The translations under genes were made by a program, and so were the position numbers. Shown here one piece after another: positions 1 through 13,079 of a DNA stretch of 36,543 bases (within the stretch, counting starts at the first letter, position 1; every line of letters begins with the position of its first letter). The notes under the pieces were generated by a model. That model searched no databases and was not told the DNA's origin. It saw only the letters and a list, made by a program, of their open reading frames with translations. Source of the stretch: Trichinella spiralis (taxonomy: Eukaryota); NCBI RefSeq assembly GCF_000181795.1, contig NW_003526944.1, positions 248,001 through 284,543 on the forward strand. The letters run 5' to 3'.

Positions 1-607
1 TTTTATTCAGTTGTCCAATCTTGTAATTGTGATAACCATTTTGATGCAATTTAAAAATATTTCAGCTAATCATTTGATGAGTCATTTGTTTTGAAGAAAA
101 GATTAGCATGTTTATAATCTGTTGCACTTTTCTGATGACTATTTTGTAAACATGGTTTATTTATCAACTCTTGCGTATTGTTGTAATGTTTGCTTTTAAA
201 GCATGGGTAAATTTATTTGATATGTCATTTTTGATCTTTCTATTTGATTGAATTGTAAAATTTTATCTATCAACAAGCGACAAAATGAATGACACATTTT
301 TTCGACACTAGTTGTTTAGCATCAACAGTTCTTCCTGTCGTTGTTTCAGCTTTGTGCAAAGTATGATAATAACGATGGTGGACAGTTTTGATATTTTAAA
401 GAAGCAAATTAATCATTATTATCAGTTGTGCAATGCGCGATATGCAGTTGAACAAGCAGAGACGATATGATGATGATGAGCTGGATGTTGTAATTAAGAA
501 ACGCGGATGTATTTCACACACGTTTTATGCACATATTTGTATAAATTGTGTTGAATATGATTATTTTGTCGTTTATCGTTTGTGATGAGTGTTGTTTGTA
601 TGATTAG

Positions 608-1046
608 ATGGAAATAACTAAAACGACGACGCCCATGACTGAACCAGAACAAGGAAAAGTATCATTGGAAGATGTGAATGATCAACAGGTGAGTGAAGAT
701 GTGCAATGATAGAGGAACTGCTTGCTTGTCTTCCGCTTCATTTTGTTTTTGTTTTGTTTGATTTTCAGTTTGGTGCTGAATCAGCAAACGGAAGTTCCTT
801 TAGCAATCACTGTGTCAGCCAAGAGTCACAGTCTTCGCGTAAGTTAATTTTCTTTTCTGATATTTGAAAAAAAAGAAAAAAAATTTTTTATTGCCATTTT
901 TACGAATTTTAGGCGATGGATTGGGAGATTTGTGGGATTTGACAGCCGCTGAAATGCGTCAGCGTTTGCTAAGACAGAAGAAAGTTGATCCACGAAGCCA
1001 GCCGTTGAGTTTGGAGAAAAAATATGAAATTGCGCAAAATTTATGA
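608..1046 (+). CDS. nrfl-1: 3' exons of an NHERF/EBP50-family PDZ scaffold (C-terminal ERM-binding domain); 5' part not resolved or outside the window
   Basis: Exons 608-688 (phase 0-0), 769-838 (0-1) and 913-1046 join in frame via GT-AG introns. The product ends ...DLWDLTAAEMRQRLLRQKKVDPRSQPLSLEKKYEIAQNL*, which resembles the EBP50 C-terminal ERM-binding helix of NHERF1/Sip1/NRFL-1 (human ...MDWSKKNELFSNL). No PDZ domain is visible in the window. Confidence 0.7.
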
Positions 1047-2274
1047 AGTAGCATCATTATCACTCATTTCAGAGAAACATTGATTTATTTCCATGATGAG
1101 CCACGGTGCTCCAGGTGTTTTTTGCTTGACAGCTTGTAATTGAGGGGAAATTTGCTTGTACACACTTTATTTTTAATCTTTGTCTGTCGTTTAAAGATTT
1201 TTTTATTGTAAACTTGTTCTGATTGCATCATCGATTTCTCTGAAAGCTTGTTCTGCTTATATTTTGCTTTTATTGATCTATATAAAAAATTTTAATGTTT
1301 TTCTGATAAAAAACAATCAATCGCCAGGATTGTTGAATGCTATTGCGATTAAACAGCTAATTCTGTCATTGGAGCGTATTTTTCAAGGTGAAAACAGTGA
1401 AATGCAATGTGGGTGTGCAAAATAAAAAGAAGTATTTCATTTACAAGTATTTAAAGCAGAGCGCACTGCTGCATCGATGCAGTGAAACGACAACGTAAAG
1501 CGTACGAAACGCAATGTAAGAAAATGAATAATTTACAGTAAGAACAGTTTTCAAGTTTCATTTCATAAAAGAATTTTATATTTCATGCAGTTTATTGTAA
1601 ACTGTGTAAATGAACAAAACGTGAACTTTTATGTAAATAACATAGCAATTTGTGTGAAAAATTTTACAAATATTCAAAAAAACAAAATATGATCGCCTAA
1701 TTTATGAATTAAATTGAAAGTAAAAATATTTACGGCTCTTTTTGCTAAATTTATATGATTTTTTGCATACTATTAAGTGAATTAAAACTTTCTGCTAATT
1801 TTCATGCTCATGATGGAGTACTTTATATTTTTGAATTGCGAAAAATGTACCACAAAATGCAAAAAATGTAAATTCATTAAAAAATTTATTAAAATTTAAA
1901 AAATAATATGAAAATGAATTGAAAACTTTCTTGCAGCATCTCTTGGTCATTTCAATTAACATTTGAAAAAAGATGAATGATTAGAAGTATTGTATTGGTA
2001 AATAATATAAATTAATAAATGTTAAAAAATTTAAATTTGTTCTGAAATAATTTTTTAAAAGTATTTATGAAATAAAATAAAAAATTTTTTGAAATTGTTC
2101 AGTATACCTGATTTTCTAAAAATCAGCACCTCGAAGGAAGTACAGTAAGTTTAGTACCAGATTTGTGTTCCGCGGCAAAGTGTCGAAGGCGTGCCTGTTT
2201 TAACGCGCTCGGTTTGCGCGCGTTGTCGCCCGCCCGTTGGCCTTAGCTTTCAATTTGTGGCTGTTGGAATTTTT

Positions 2275-5200
2275 ATGGGTTACGGTGGTGAGATGAAGCG
2301 TATCAAAAAGAGACTCTCACAGGCATTCAGGCCGACCACCACGTTGCTTGCATGTTCCGGTTCGCAAGTTTTCCCGCCCCCGCAGGACGGAAACCCATCG
2401 GCCAACGGTGATTCAGTGAACATGCGCTGTTCGCGTTCTGCGAATTGCCTGATGAACGATTCAATCAGTGAGCTTGCCGAAAGGTTTCACGAAAATGGGC
2501 TCGTTGAGGACGAAGGTGATTGGCCAGTATTTGAAAAATTAACACTTTCATGAAATATGCCATTGTTGTTAACTTTTTTCAGTTAATTTTTAATTTTTGC
2601 TGCGTTTCAATTATAATATGTTGTTTTTTGTTGCGAATTTTTTTTAAATTCATGCTTTTGTATGAGCGAGTTCTGTGTGAACATTTGGAGATTTACTTTC
2701 AGTTTGTAAATTTGCTTTCAGCCGCCGCTAGCCACGTTTTTTCCGATTGATTAAATATACGCAACTTGCAGCTGTTGTTTCTCTCTACTTTTGCTTTTCA
2801 ATTGGTTTGGAAATGAAATTTATTTTTGTGAATATGTTTTTCAGATGTTATTCTTGAACAATATGAAAAAACATATCCGGTGGTACCGGCGAGAACGAAT
2901 TCCTGCTTCAAGAAGAACCGCCACGCTTACATGGGCCGTTTCAACGATCAATGTGTCAAACGCTATTTGGCCAGTTGTAAGTCATTAAAATTTCTTACAT
3001 GTTTTTTTGTTCTCCGTTGACGCACGCATCCGAGCAGTATTTGAAATGTGTGTGTGTGGCGAGGGGGGCGGGGTCTGTCTGGTCAGCTTTATTTTATTGC
3101 TTTTTGCTTGCCGTCAACTTCTTGCGTTTCTTTTGTTCGTCTGTCAGTGGGAAGTGTGGCTTTTGTTTGCTCTTAGCTGCTTATCGGTGTGAGTCATCTC
3201 TGTCTTGGCGCGTTGTGCTCACTTTTTTCCCTTCTCTACAACCAGTTTGTGCAGTATTTGGTTAATTTTTATTCTATTTGTTATCTGATGTTTGAAAATT
3301 AATTTCAGTGTGACATTTTTAATGTCTTTCAGTTTAGATAAATGTTTAGTTTTTATATTATTGGTTCATTTCTTTTCTTTTTTTTACAGAACATGGTTGA
3401 TTTCAAAAAATATTCTTTCTCAGTTGAACAATTGCGAATTTTTGAAATGCACGAATACTTGGGCTAATGTATTGGAAAAAAAAATTATCATCACTGGAAT
3501 GCATCGCTTGCACTGTTAGTGTTACAGTCATTTTTTTTTCTTCAATTCTTTGTTGACCTTTAATTTCTGAGCAATTGTTAGTGGTAGAAATTTCACAACT
3601 TTTTCGCATTAAATTGAAATTTTATTTCATTTACAACGAAATATGTTTAGGGTAATAATTTTTTAAATCAGATATGAAATGAGTGTAAAATTGAAATAGT
3701 ATTTTTTAAAGTTTCTGTTTCAAGAAACGCCAAGTGTTGAGCTCAGTCAAATAGAATTTATTCTCTAAATTTACAGTAACACTATGAGGGCATTTTGTTT
3801 GCTGAACAATCATCATTTATATTCTATGCAAGATATGAAATGAAAATTTCATAATTTCAAACGTGAAAAGCTTTTTACATTAGTTTCCAGTTTTATTTTT
3901 TTCAATTTTATGGATGAACAAACACGTGACATTTTTTGGAAACTTGGTAGGTTTTATTATTCATTTTTGCACATTTTTGAACTGGAACCACGCTTGTCGA
4001 TTTTATTGCAAGTTGAAATCGATTCATCGTCACTTTTTGGGTTGTTTGCTTATTCAGAAAGCTGACAGAAATGAAAATTATTAACCGAAACAAATGTGTT
4101 GCTTGTTTATTGATGCATTGAGTAGTGGATAGAAAATTTTTTGCTTAAATATTAATATAAATATATATGTATTGACATATTTCTGTGGTGAGTGAAATTT
4201 GATGGCAGTTTTAATTTTCCTTCAATGCACAATTTCATTATTGAGTTGATTGTGATCAGTAAGATCACAAACTTCATTGCTTATTTAAGAAGGCATTCAA
4301 ATTTTGATGCAGAATTAAATAAATTGAAATTCCCGTATGCAGTGTTCGTGTTATTCTCTTGAATAGTTAGTCGTTAGTCCGTAGGGAAATGGGAAATTGT
4401 GTTTGGAAATCAATTGAAACCGATTTTGTCACAATTTTTATTTAGTTTCATTTATTTTTCATAAGGAAATATTTTAACTTGCTTGCACGCTATAACCTAC
4501 TCTATATATATATTATAGCGAGAGAGCTAAAGCATTTCATACTTAATTGTAATAGTTAGATTTTTTTTGAAAGAAATTATAAATCATTTTTTAATGAATG
4601 GTTGAAAGATATTGCCATAATGTGTTATATAATTATTTTAATAGGAAGGAAATTATGTTGTCAATTGAATATTGTTGTGAGGACTGTTGGTTTGAACGTT
4701 GGTAATTTTATCTGTTCAGCTACTTGATTAAATTATCGGTGCGCATTGTAGTCTGCTTATGAACGCGTTGATTAATAAGTTGTTTTCATATTGAACTTCT
4801 GATTTTTTGTGTGAAAATTAAAAAGCAAACATTATTTGTAATAGCTCTAAAATTTTTTTTGAAGAATAGTTGTTTTGTGATTCGCTCCTTATCGTCTACA
4901 TGAAAAAATGAATTGTATATATATATATATATATGTGCTGTGTGATCTAAATTTCAAACGTTTTAATAGAGGAAAGAATGCTGCATGCAGAATTTAGGTT
5001 GGGCAATTGAAAGGACATTTTGCGAAACAATGGTTTTCCTGTGGTATATTCAGTAATTATTTTTTTAACGTATCTGACACTTTGCAGCGGCACTTTTGGG
5101 CAGTTATTGGTTAGCATTCAGACAGGTTTGAAATGGTTACATTTTTTGTATCTTATTTGTTGCTTACGTTGTGAATGTTGGAGTGGGAGGAGGAGGAGGA

Positions 5201-8200
5201 TCCGCCGCCAGGCACTTGATCTCGTCGATGAAATGACAACGCATGAGAAAAATGTTTGAAACGCTGATAATGATGATGATTGTTTCTCTAGAATTTATGC
5301 AACATTTTGCGTTCACTGATGATGAGAATGGCATATGCTTCTCACCTGCCAAACGGTGAAAACATTACCGTTGCCTACTAGCACAGCTAGCTAGCTAGCT
5401 TGCGGTTTTATTTTTCATGTTGACGTAGTGAAATTTGAGATCTGCTAATTCTTCTTTTGTGTTTTCAAAACTACTTCTCCATACAATTGAAATTGGGGGT
5501 GAAACTTTGAATCATCCATCCATCATACATGTTGCTTTTTTAAGCAGAAAGCAGAAAATTTTGCTTCTTTTGAGCAGTTACAAAATGAAAATATATTTCA
5601 AAACACAACAACAGTGGCAAAGTGAGGTTTTATATATCAGTCGTCCGATGGTCACATTTGGAAAATAGAATTTTACATTTAAAATGTGTTCAATTTGTCC
5701 AATGCGACACACGCACACCCATAGACGACGACTATTTGCTTCAATGAGTGTGCAGTAGTGATTATTATTTGCGTTGTCCATTCAGGACGACGACGATTAG
5801 CATCAATTGTGACCGGCAAGCGGAAATTAATCACTTGTTCTTACTGGTTTTAGGCTAATATGCTAATGCTTTTGAAGTATTTTAGCAATTTTTCATTGCT
5901 ACTTAGAAGGGTATCTCTGATTGTAGTATGTTTTTATGCAATTTGTTTGATTGTCTTCTCTACGTTTACAGATTTGTTTCACTTGTCCAACATTTGAATA
6001 CTGATTCTAACTGAGCAAATTTTGAAAGTAATTTTCACTGAGCATTAGTTTTTTTTGATAAGACTGTGTATTTCACGTGAAAAACAAATTGCAGATTATT
6101 TTTTTGGAAAAATTTAATTTTTCTTCTTCTTGTGAAGAGATGGGAGATTTATGTGAACCGACTTTCTACATATGCATCAGAGATTGTGCTTAGAATGATC
6201 GATTTTCGTGAACGATTGATCAGTTTTTATCATGCTACAATGGTTGGAGCATTTTAGCTCATTTGAGTTGTGGTTTCTTTCTTTTTTTTTCACTCAGTAA
6301 ATGCATTTAACATTATTAATGCAAAATTCCAGCTGTGGTGTTCGTTAGCCGTTTCAAAAATTTTGGAATTTTCAAAATCACACTTTCTCAATTTATGTTT
6401 CGTATGACAAACAATAATGCAAGAAATGGATGGGTGGATGCGATTTAGTGAAGCTATCTGTGATGATGCTGATGATGATGATGATGATGCACATTCGCTT
6501 TATTGATAGAAAATGCAGCACGCTTATATTATTACGTGCATAATTTTGGCAATGGCTGTTTTGGTTCTGAGAGATTTGGGCCCGACTAATTTAAATTTTT
6601 ACTATCTTGCTTATTTCAGAACTTCAGATCTGTACGGATTTTGGTTTCATTGGCATGTTTTTATCACTGTCATCTCATTTACTCAGAAAATAAGAATAGA
6701 ATTGAATTAGATAAAGAAATAATAAAATTAAAGAATGTTAGCATGATGAAAACATTTTGCAATATGCATAAAATATACCTTTTCTATCTCAAATATTCCG
6801 TACCAGGCAAGAAAATTAAAATTTTGCATCATTGATTTTATTCATTACAATGCAATTAGTATTGCAGAAATTTTTCAATGAAAAAAACAATTTCAGATTT
6901 ATACGGAAACTTTGTGTTCAGCGAGCGTAATTGTTGATTTGCCATTTACCTGACTGTTGGATAGCCGGCGTTAATTTTCCGCGTTCATATTAGCATCTGT
7001 TCTTGATAGGCAGCTGTTTTGCGCAGACATGGAAATTAATTACTGATTTATTGGTACATTTATTTGTTAGATAAAGTTTTATAAAAAGTGAATATAATAG
7101 GGAGAATGGTAACTCTGCGATGAATGTTGTATAAATTTGCGTTTTAGAAAACAGCTGATTGCTAACTGGAAAGATAAATAATTATACATGTGTGTATAGG
7201 CAGTATTTTGAGAGATTGTTTTTCTTTTGCAACTTTTTGCAGATAGATAGGGGGAAGTTTTGCTGAGATCGATTCAAAAATTATTGTTTTACACGTAAAT
7301 TATTGAATGCTACTCTCAGCAGCGGATAATGGACGCATTTTCATGAAAGCAAGGCAGAAATGGCATTGGGTGGTCCCAGCTGTCCGTGACGAGCACAAGC
7401 TGAGACAATAATGGCATGTTGCCATAAATAAATGGCATATATACATTTTTGTGTGTGTGTGTGTGTGTGTGTGTTGTGGATATCTACAAGTTTTTGACAG
7501 ATGGCAAAGTGATTCATATTTTTTAGAGAACATTTAGCTTTCTTCTTCTTCTTTTAGTTAAAAATTCTGTGTTGTCAAAATGTTGAGTTTTATTAGGCAG
7601 CTACTTAGTTGGCCGCACTGGTTGGTGGGTGAGTGTAATTTATATAAGCGTGCATGTGGTAGAGGAGGAGGTGTTGGTCGAAAATGGTGATGAAAGAATC
7701 GATGCATGCACTGCTGGAGGAGCCAGCTTGCTTGTAAGCTGTTGTTGGTCGCCGCCAACATATCGGCCGCCCATATTAGCTGCTATTCTCCTAGCTTTCC
7801 AAACGTAATTATACGTTGCTGCTGGCCGCGCGATTCGTCATGACAGTTGTCGCGTGTCATCTGTCACCATTTGCAAGTCGGATCGGCTGAGATCATCGCT
7901 TTGAACAGCAGCAGGCTAGAAAAGCAGTGCATTGGTCCGTTTTTGCTTTCTGATCTGCAAACAGACAACTCAAAGGGACAAATAATAAAAAAATATTTAT
8001 TATTATTTGTTTTCAACTTGTAATTATTCGTCATTATTTTGGTTAACCTCTGACTGATGCTGTGTCGAATTTCCATGAATTCAGCCGGTGAACAGCAGCC
8101 ATTACCCAAGTCTATTTCATTACATCAATTTTTGGATGCAAACGGTCGACGGTCACCAAACGTGGTGGTATCTTGCTTCAGCGATTGGTTGACTCGTTTT

Positions 8201-11200
8201 TCTCGTCGTCATGGACCTGGAATTAGCAAAATGACTACCTCTATAAGCCTCTGTGAGCAGCTTTTATTTAAAAATCAATATATACATATATATATAGCAA
8301 TAGTTTGTTTACTTTTTTCATTATTATTTGTTGTTTGATTTGTTTTTGCATTTTCTGCACATGTTGTTGTTTTTGATATTGCTCTGCTGCTGCTGCGTTT
8401 GTTGTTGTTGTGATGCGTATAATTTGAGATTATTGCTTTTTTTTATTTAATTTGTTGTTCAATTTCAATTTTATTTTAAGCTGTTGTTCATGAGGACTGT
8501 GCAATTGGTTCAGACGGTCGAAGTCAAGAAACATCTCCCTCAGTTGAAAGCAACGATGTATCACCGGCTCAAAATGGTGTTATGGTAAAGATGCGTCAAA
8601 AGAAAACCGGCCGCCGGTGGACAGAGGTAAGCTTCCTCTGCTGTTTTAGTTCTGATTAGCATTTTTTGTTTTTGTTTCTTCTGCTAAGAAATTAATGCAA
8701 GTTTTTCTGTGAGTCATATTTTATTTAAATTACATTGTTGAAAATATATTGCTGTTAACTTAACATTATCATTTTTTTTCCCTCGAAGTGTAGTCTTCCA
8801 ATGAGCTAGTGTGCATGAGAGTATTATTGTAATTGTCATTTGGGAAAACATCATTTGTTGAAGATAGATTGCTGCTTGTGTGAAATAGAAGCATTTTACG
8901 AAAATGCGAAAATTATTATTATGATAATGATAATTATGCTCAACGTTGTTGCTGTTGATGTTGTTAGTGATCAACTTGTTGTTTAGCTTGCATTTCTCTA
9001 ACACTTGGGCGGTTGTTTATTGAAGTTTTGGCAGAAAATTCATTTTGAGCACAAGGCAGAGATTTCGAGTGATTTCGTAGTACTTGGAACGCGGTAAAAA
9101 TTATTTTCGCGTTTTCAAAACTAACTTTATCGAATTGCAACAACGCATTTCGAAAGAAAAAATTGATATTTATTGGAAAGTTGATTTACGATGAAGCATC
9201 CCCAATAAATAAATAAATAGCGAGCATTTAAAAATAGTTGACGCGCTTTTTGCAGCAAATGATTTTGACTTTTTCTTTCTTTTTTGCAATATAGTGAATG
9301 CACTTAACTTTAACTATTTTTTAAATTCTAATTTCTTATTAGTTTTTCTGATCGCTTGCATCGAGAAACTTTCAGTTCCTCCTCTTGCACAAGGAAATTA
9401 AAATAGGGGGAGGGATTGGTGGTTTTAAGCATTTTAAATGGATCCGCGGCGATATCCATTTCTCATGTGACAACTTCTTGTATAATATATTTTTCATTTG
9501 GCCTAGGACGTAATAGTGACGTTTATTGAATTGCTTTTCATATATATAGTGTGTGTTCACTGCTGTTAATTTTCTTTTTGTACATTTTTCTTTTTTATTA
9601 TTTCATTTATTATAAGTTTGATTTTCTATCGATCTGATGACGTCTACCAGCGATATATGTACCAACAGGATGTAAGCGTATAGGGCTTTTTCTACTACTA
9701 TTTCATATTTTCGAATTGCATCAGCTGTGCGATGAATTCAGTAAATTCTGGAATTTGTGTACAGGAGGGCAACATTGATCCAATAATCGTGAAATGATAA
9801 TAATTAAAGGAAGTGCTCGAGGTGAAGTAGTGTTTACAATGAGCTATGCTAATGATGACTTTTGCTGAGCAGAAGAGGGCAGAAATCGATGATCAGCAAA
9901 AATTGCGTGTGCATTCCTTGAATATAAATTACTCAGGCGGGGGAGTCCATTTTAGTTTTATTTACAGCTTCAGTTTTTTAAGCAGAGTAAATAAAAATAA
10001 TATATATATTTTCTAAATTGATCAGAGTTAAATTATCATTTTTGCACCAGTATTTTTTTTATTGGAATATTTATTGGTGAGAGCAGCTGCACATGAGTAC
10101 AAGTGGCAGCAGAATTTGATTTTGTGATTGCGATGTCAATTTTGATCGTTTTCTTTTTCATTATTTATTATTTACTTGGGCTAAAACTTAGCATGTCGTT
10201 TCACTGGTGTGCTGATTTAGAAATTTCACAAATGTGCAAAAATGCAGTCATGTAAATTTATAGTAAAATATAAATGTGGAATGTAATGGAATAATTTTGT
10301 TGGAGAACAATCATTAAATTATGATGTGCTGTAATTTGTAATTATTTGTTAGCATTTTATTTTGCACTTTTTTTATCAGAGTATATTAGGGGAGTGAATT
10401 AGCAGTTTTAATTATGATCGAGAACTTGGGATTTGCTTTTTCTTTGTGAAGTTTACTTCCGTTTCTACGGTGAAAAAAAAGATAATTGAACAGAGTGGTG
10501 AGATCTTTTTTTTCAGATTGTCATAAATTGTTTGAATTCCCAAATCATTATGTTCTTTGTTGAGATTTAATGTTCAGATTTTCCCAAGGGGAAAAAACAA
10601 ATTAAAACCTGCAAATCAATAATTTGTAATAACGCATTTTTTTTCTCGTTTAAAACATTTTTTTCCTACCAGATGCTTTTAAAACATTCTCTTTTTTTGC
10701 ATAATTTTGTAAAGTTATATTGTTCGAAATTGTAAGTTGGAAATGAAGTATTCGAACCTTCTATTATTCTTAACTGTTAGTGGGGTGGTTATTTTCACAT
10801 GAAATTTTTTTGTTTCCATTTTTGCTTGCTTCCTTTGTTAATGCGATGCCATGTTATATATTATTGATTATTGTTGAATATTTTACCAATTACAATTACA
10901 TAGCAAACAAAAAAAATTTACTTTCATCATCTTTTAGCGGGATATTCAAAAACGCTTATCACTGCCGGCCGATCTTCGTTTGCCGATCAGTGTCGTCGAG
11001 AAATTGAATACCACACCCATACTGAACCGTCCGTTGACTCGAAAAAATCGTCGAGCTTCATTGGTATTTTCCATTTTGTTGTGTTGTGTTGTGTTGTTGT
11101 TCATCAAATTTTTATATTTGGTTTTTTTTCAGTCTGAAATTGGATTTGGAAAATTGGAATCCTATCAGAAGTTGGAAAAGCTCGGCGAAGGAACGTACGC

Positions 11201-13079
11201 AACCGTTTACAAAGGCAGGTCTAGGCTGAACGATGCTCTGGTAGCGTTGAAGGAAATACGATTGGAACAAGAGGAAGGTGCGCCGTGTACAGCAATACGC
11301 GAAGTTTCCTTGTTGAGGGATCTACGCCATGCCAACGTGGTCACCTTGCACGACATCATTTACACGGACAAGACGTTGACACTTGTTTTTGAATATTTGG
11401 TAAGCATATCTTTTAATAATGTATGTTCTTCTATATCTACCACAACAACAGCAACATATGCATGTTTGGATTTCCTTTTGTAAAAAAATTACAACTAAAC
11501 TTATTTTTAAAAAGTCAATTTGATCAAAATTCTTCATTCACAACCATCACTGTTAATTCACTTTTAATGAATGTAAAAGAAATATTTCAAATTTATTATT
11601 TATAAAGTTTTTTTCTTATTCTTCAACCAACGTTAGTAATCATCTTGTTGAATGAGTGATGCTCGATTGAAATGTTGCTACACTGCACTGTAGATTTTTA
11701 TTAATGATGCGCAGGTTTTAGTTTCATGCACAGCTTATAGAAACATCTACAACAGTAAAGCAGACTTTATTAGCTAAAAGCATTTTCTCAGTGAAATTTA
11801 TGCAAAGGTAATGTAGAACATATTTTAATTGCCCATAACGAAGAAGCTAAATTAAAATTTTCCAATATCTATTATTATAATTAAGCCTGAACGTTTGTTG
11901 AATTGTTTTATTTTACGTCAAATTTGAAGTTAATAATTTAATGAATTTTCAAGGATTCCGATTTGAAACAGTACATGGATTCTTGTGGCAACATTTTGAG
12001 CATGAACAACGTCAAGGTGAGCCTACTAGCTGGCTGACTGAAATGATGAATTGAATTTGTTGAAGTGACAATGTTTCTTTTTCTTTTTAAAGATTTTCAC
12101 TTTTCAAATTTTGCGCGGGCTCGCCTACTGCCATGCTAGACGGGTGTTGCACCGAGACTTGAAGCCGCAGAATTTGTTGATCAATCACAGAGGAGAGTTG
12201 AAACTTGCCGACTTTGGTAAGTCTGAAAAAAAGCAGAATGGCTGGCTTTTTTGCACGATTCATTTGCATATAGCATACCATATCTTGTTATATTTTAATG
12301 CTTGTTTTTCATTTTATTTTACAGGTTTAGCTCGTGCGAAATCTGTACCGACAAAAACTTACTCAAATGAAGTTGTAACGTTGTGGTATCGACCTCCGGA
12401 CGTTCTTCTTGGCGCTACAGACTATTCCACGCATATTGACATGTGGTATGTAGGTTGTATCTGTGTGTATGTGTATGACTTGTGCTGTTGTGATCGATGT
12501 TAAAATTGGCAGTCGAAGTTTCCATATTGTTCACTAACATCGTTCAGGGGTGTGGGCTGCATATTGTATGAGATGGTTACTGGTCGTCCATTTTTCCGAG
12601 GATGCACAGTGGATGAACAGCTGCATTTGATTTTTCGCGCCCTGGGCACTCCGAGGCGTCCGTATCATGCAGATTTGGTAGAGAGAATTGAACAATCACA
12701 ATTTCAATTTCCTCTATACAGACCTGAACCATTCATCAACCATGCTCCTCGACTGGATGTCGACGGTCTTGATCTGCTTGCTCAGCTGCTTCAGTTTGAA
12801 GGTCGAGATCGAATTGGTGCTAAAGACGCCATGTCGCATTCATTTTTCTCTACTCTACCACAGGATGTGATGCAATTGACAGATAGTAAAACATCCACAC
12901 TAACAGTTTAACAGTTAAATTTTAATTAATTGTTATTTTAACATATTTAACAAATTTTAGCGGAATCAATTTTCACAGTACCTGGCGTGCATTTGTCTCG
13001 TGATCCGGGTCGTCGGACGTGTACATCGCACGATTATCCGTACAATTTGATGAAAAGTCGTCGACAGAGCATGCTTTAA
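2275..13079 (+). CDS. pct-1: PCTAIRE-family cyclin-dependent kinase (CDK16/17/18-like), ~558 aa, 10 exons
   Basis: Exons 2275-2515, 2845-2976, 8481-8626, 10938-11063, 11133-11399, 11954-12016, 12093-12216, 12325-12445, 12548-12885 and 12961-13079, all GT-AG and phase-consistent (1677 nt). Motifs: [97 protein letters not shown]-terminal RRQSML*. Confidence 0.95.
4916..4934. repeat. (TA)n microsatellite
   Basis: Run of TA dinucleotides within kinase intron 2. Confidence 0.8.
7451..7474. repeat. (GT)n microsatellite
   Basis: About 12 GT repeats within kinase intron 2. Confidence 0.9.
8057..8252 (+). CDS. Putative alternative first exon or cassette exon of the PCTAIRE kinase
   Basis: An open frame from ATG 8057 ends at a phase-1 donor (T|GTGAGC at 8253) compatible with the acceptor at 8481. 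An internal TTCAG acceptor at 8084 would give a symmetric 168-nt phase 1-1 exon. Confidence 0.45.

Noticed and set aside
1047..2274. Operon (polycistronic) organisation of the four co-oriented genes
   Set aside because: Stop-to-start gaps are about 1.2, 7.3 and 1.5 kb, and GC-richer promoter-like stretches precede the kinase and ligand starts. This cannot be supported without spliced-leader data.
2977..7599. Numerous 60-90 aa ORFs in introns and on the minus strand here and across the window
   Set aside because: Low-complexity F/L/I/K-rich translations of AT-rich non-coding DNA or antisense shadows of real exons, with no recognisable motifs.
9651..9671. Possible 21-nt phase 0-0 exon (RYMYQQD) with GTAAGC donor in kinase intron 3
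   Set aside because: Weak acceptor with no pyrimidine tract, and the main model already matches the family without it.
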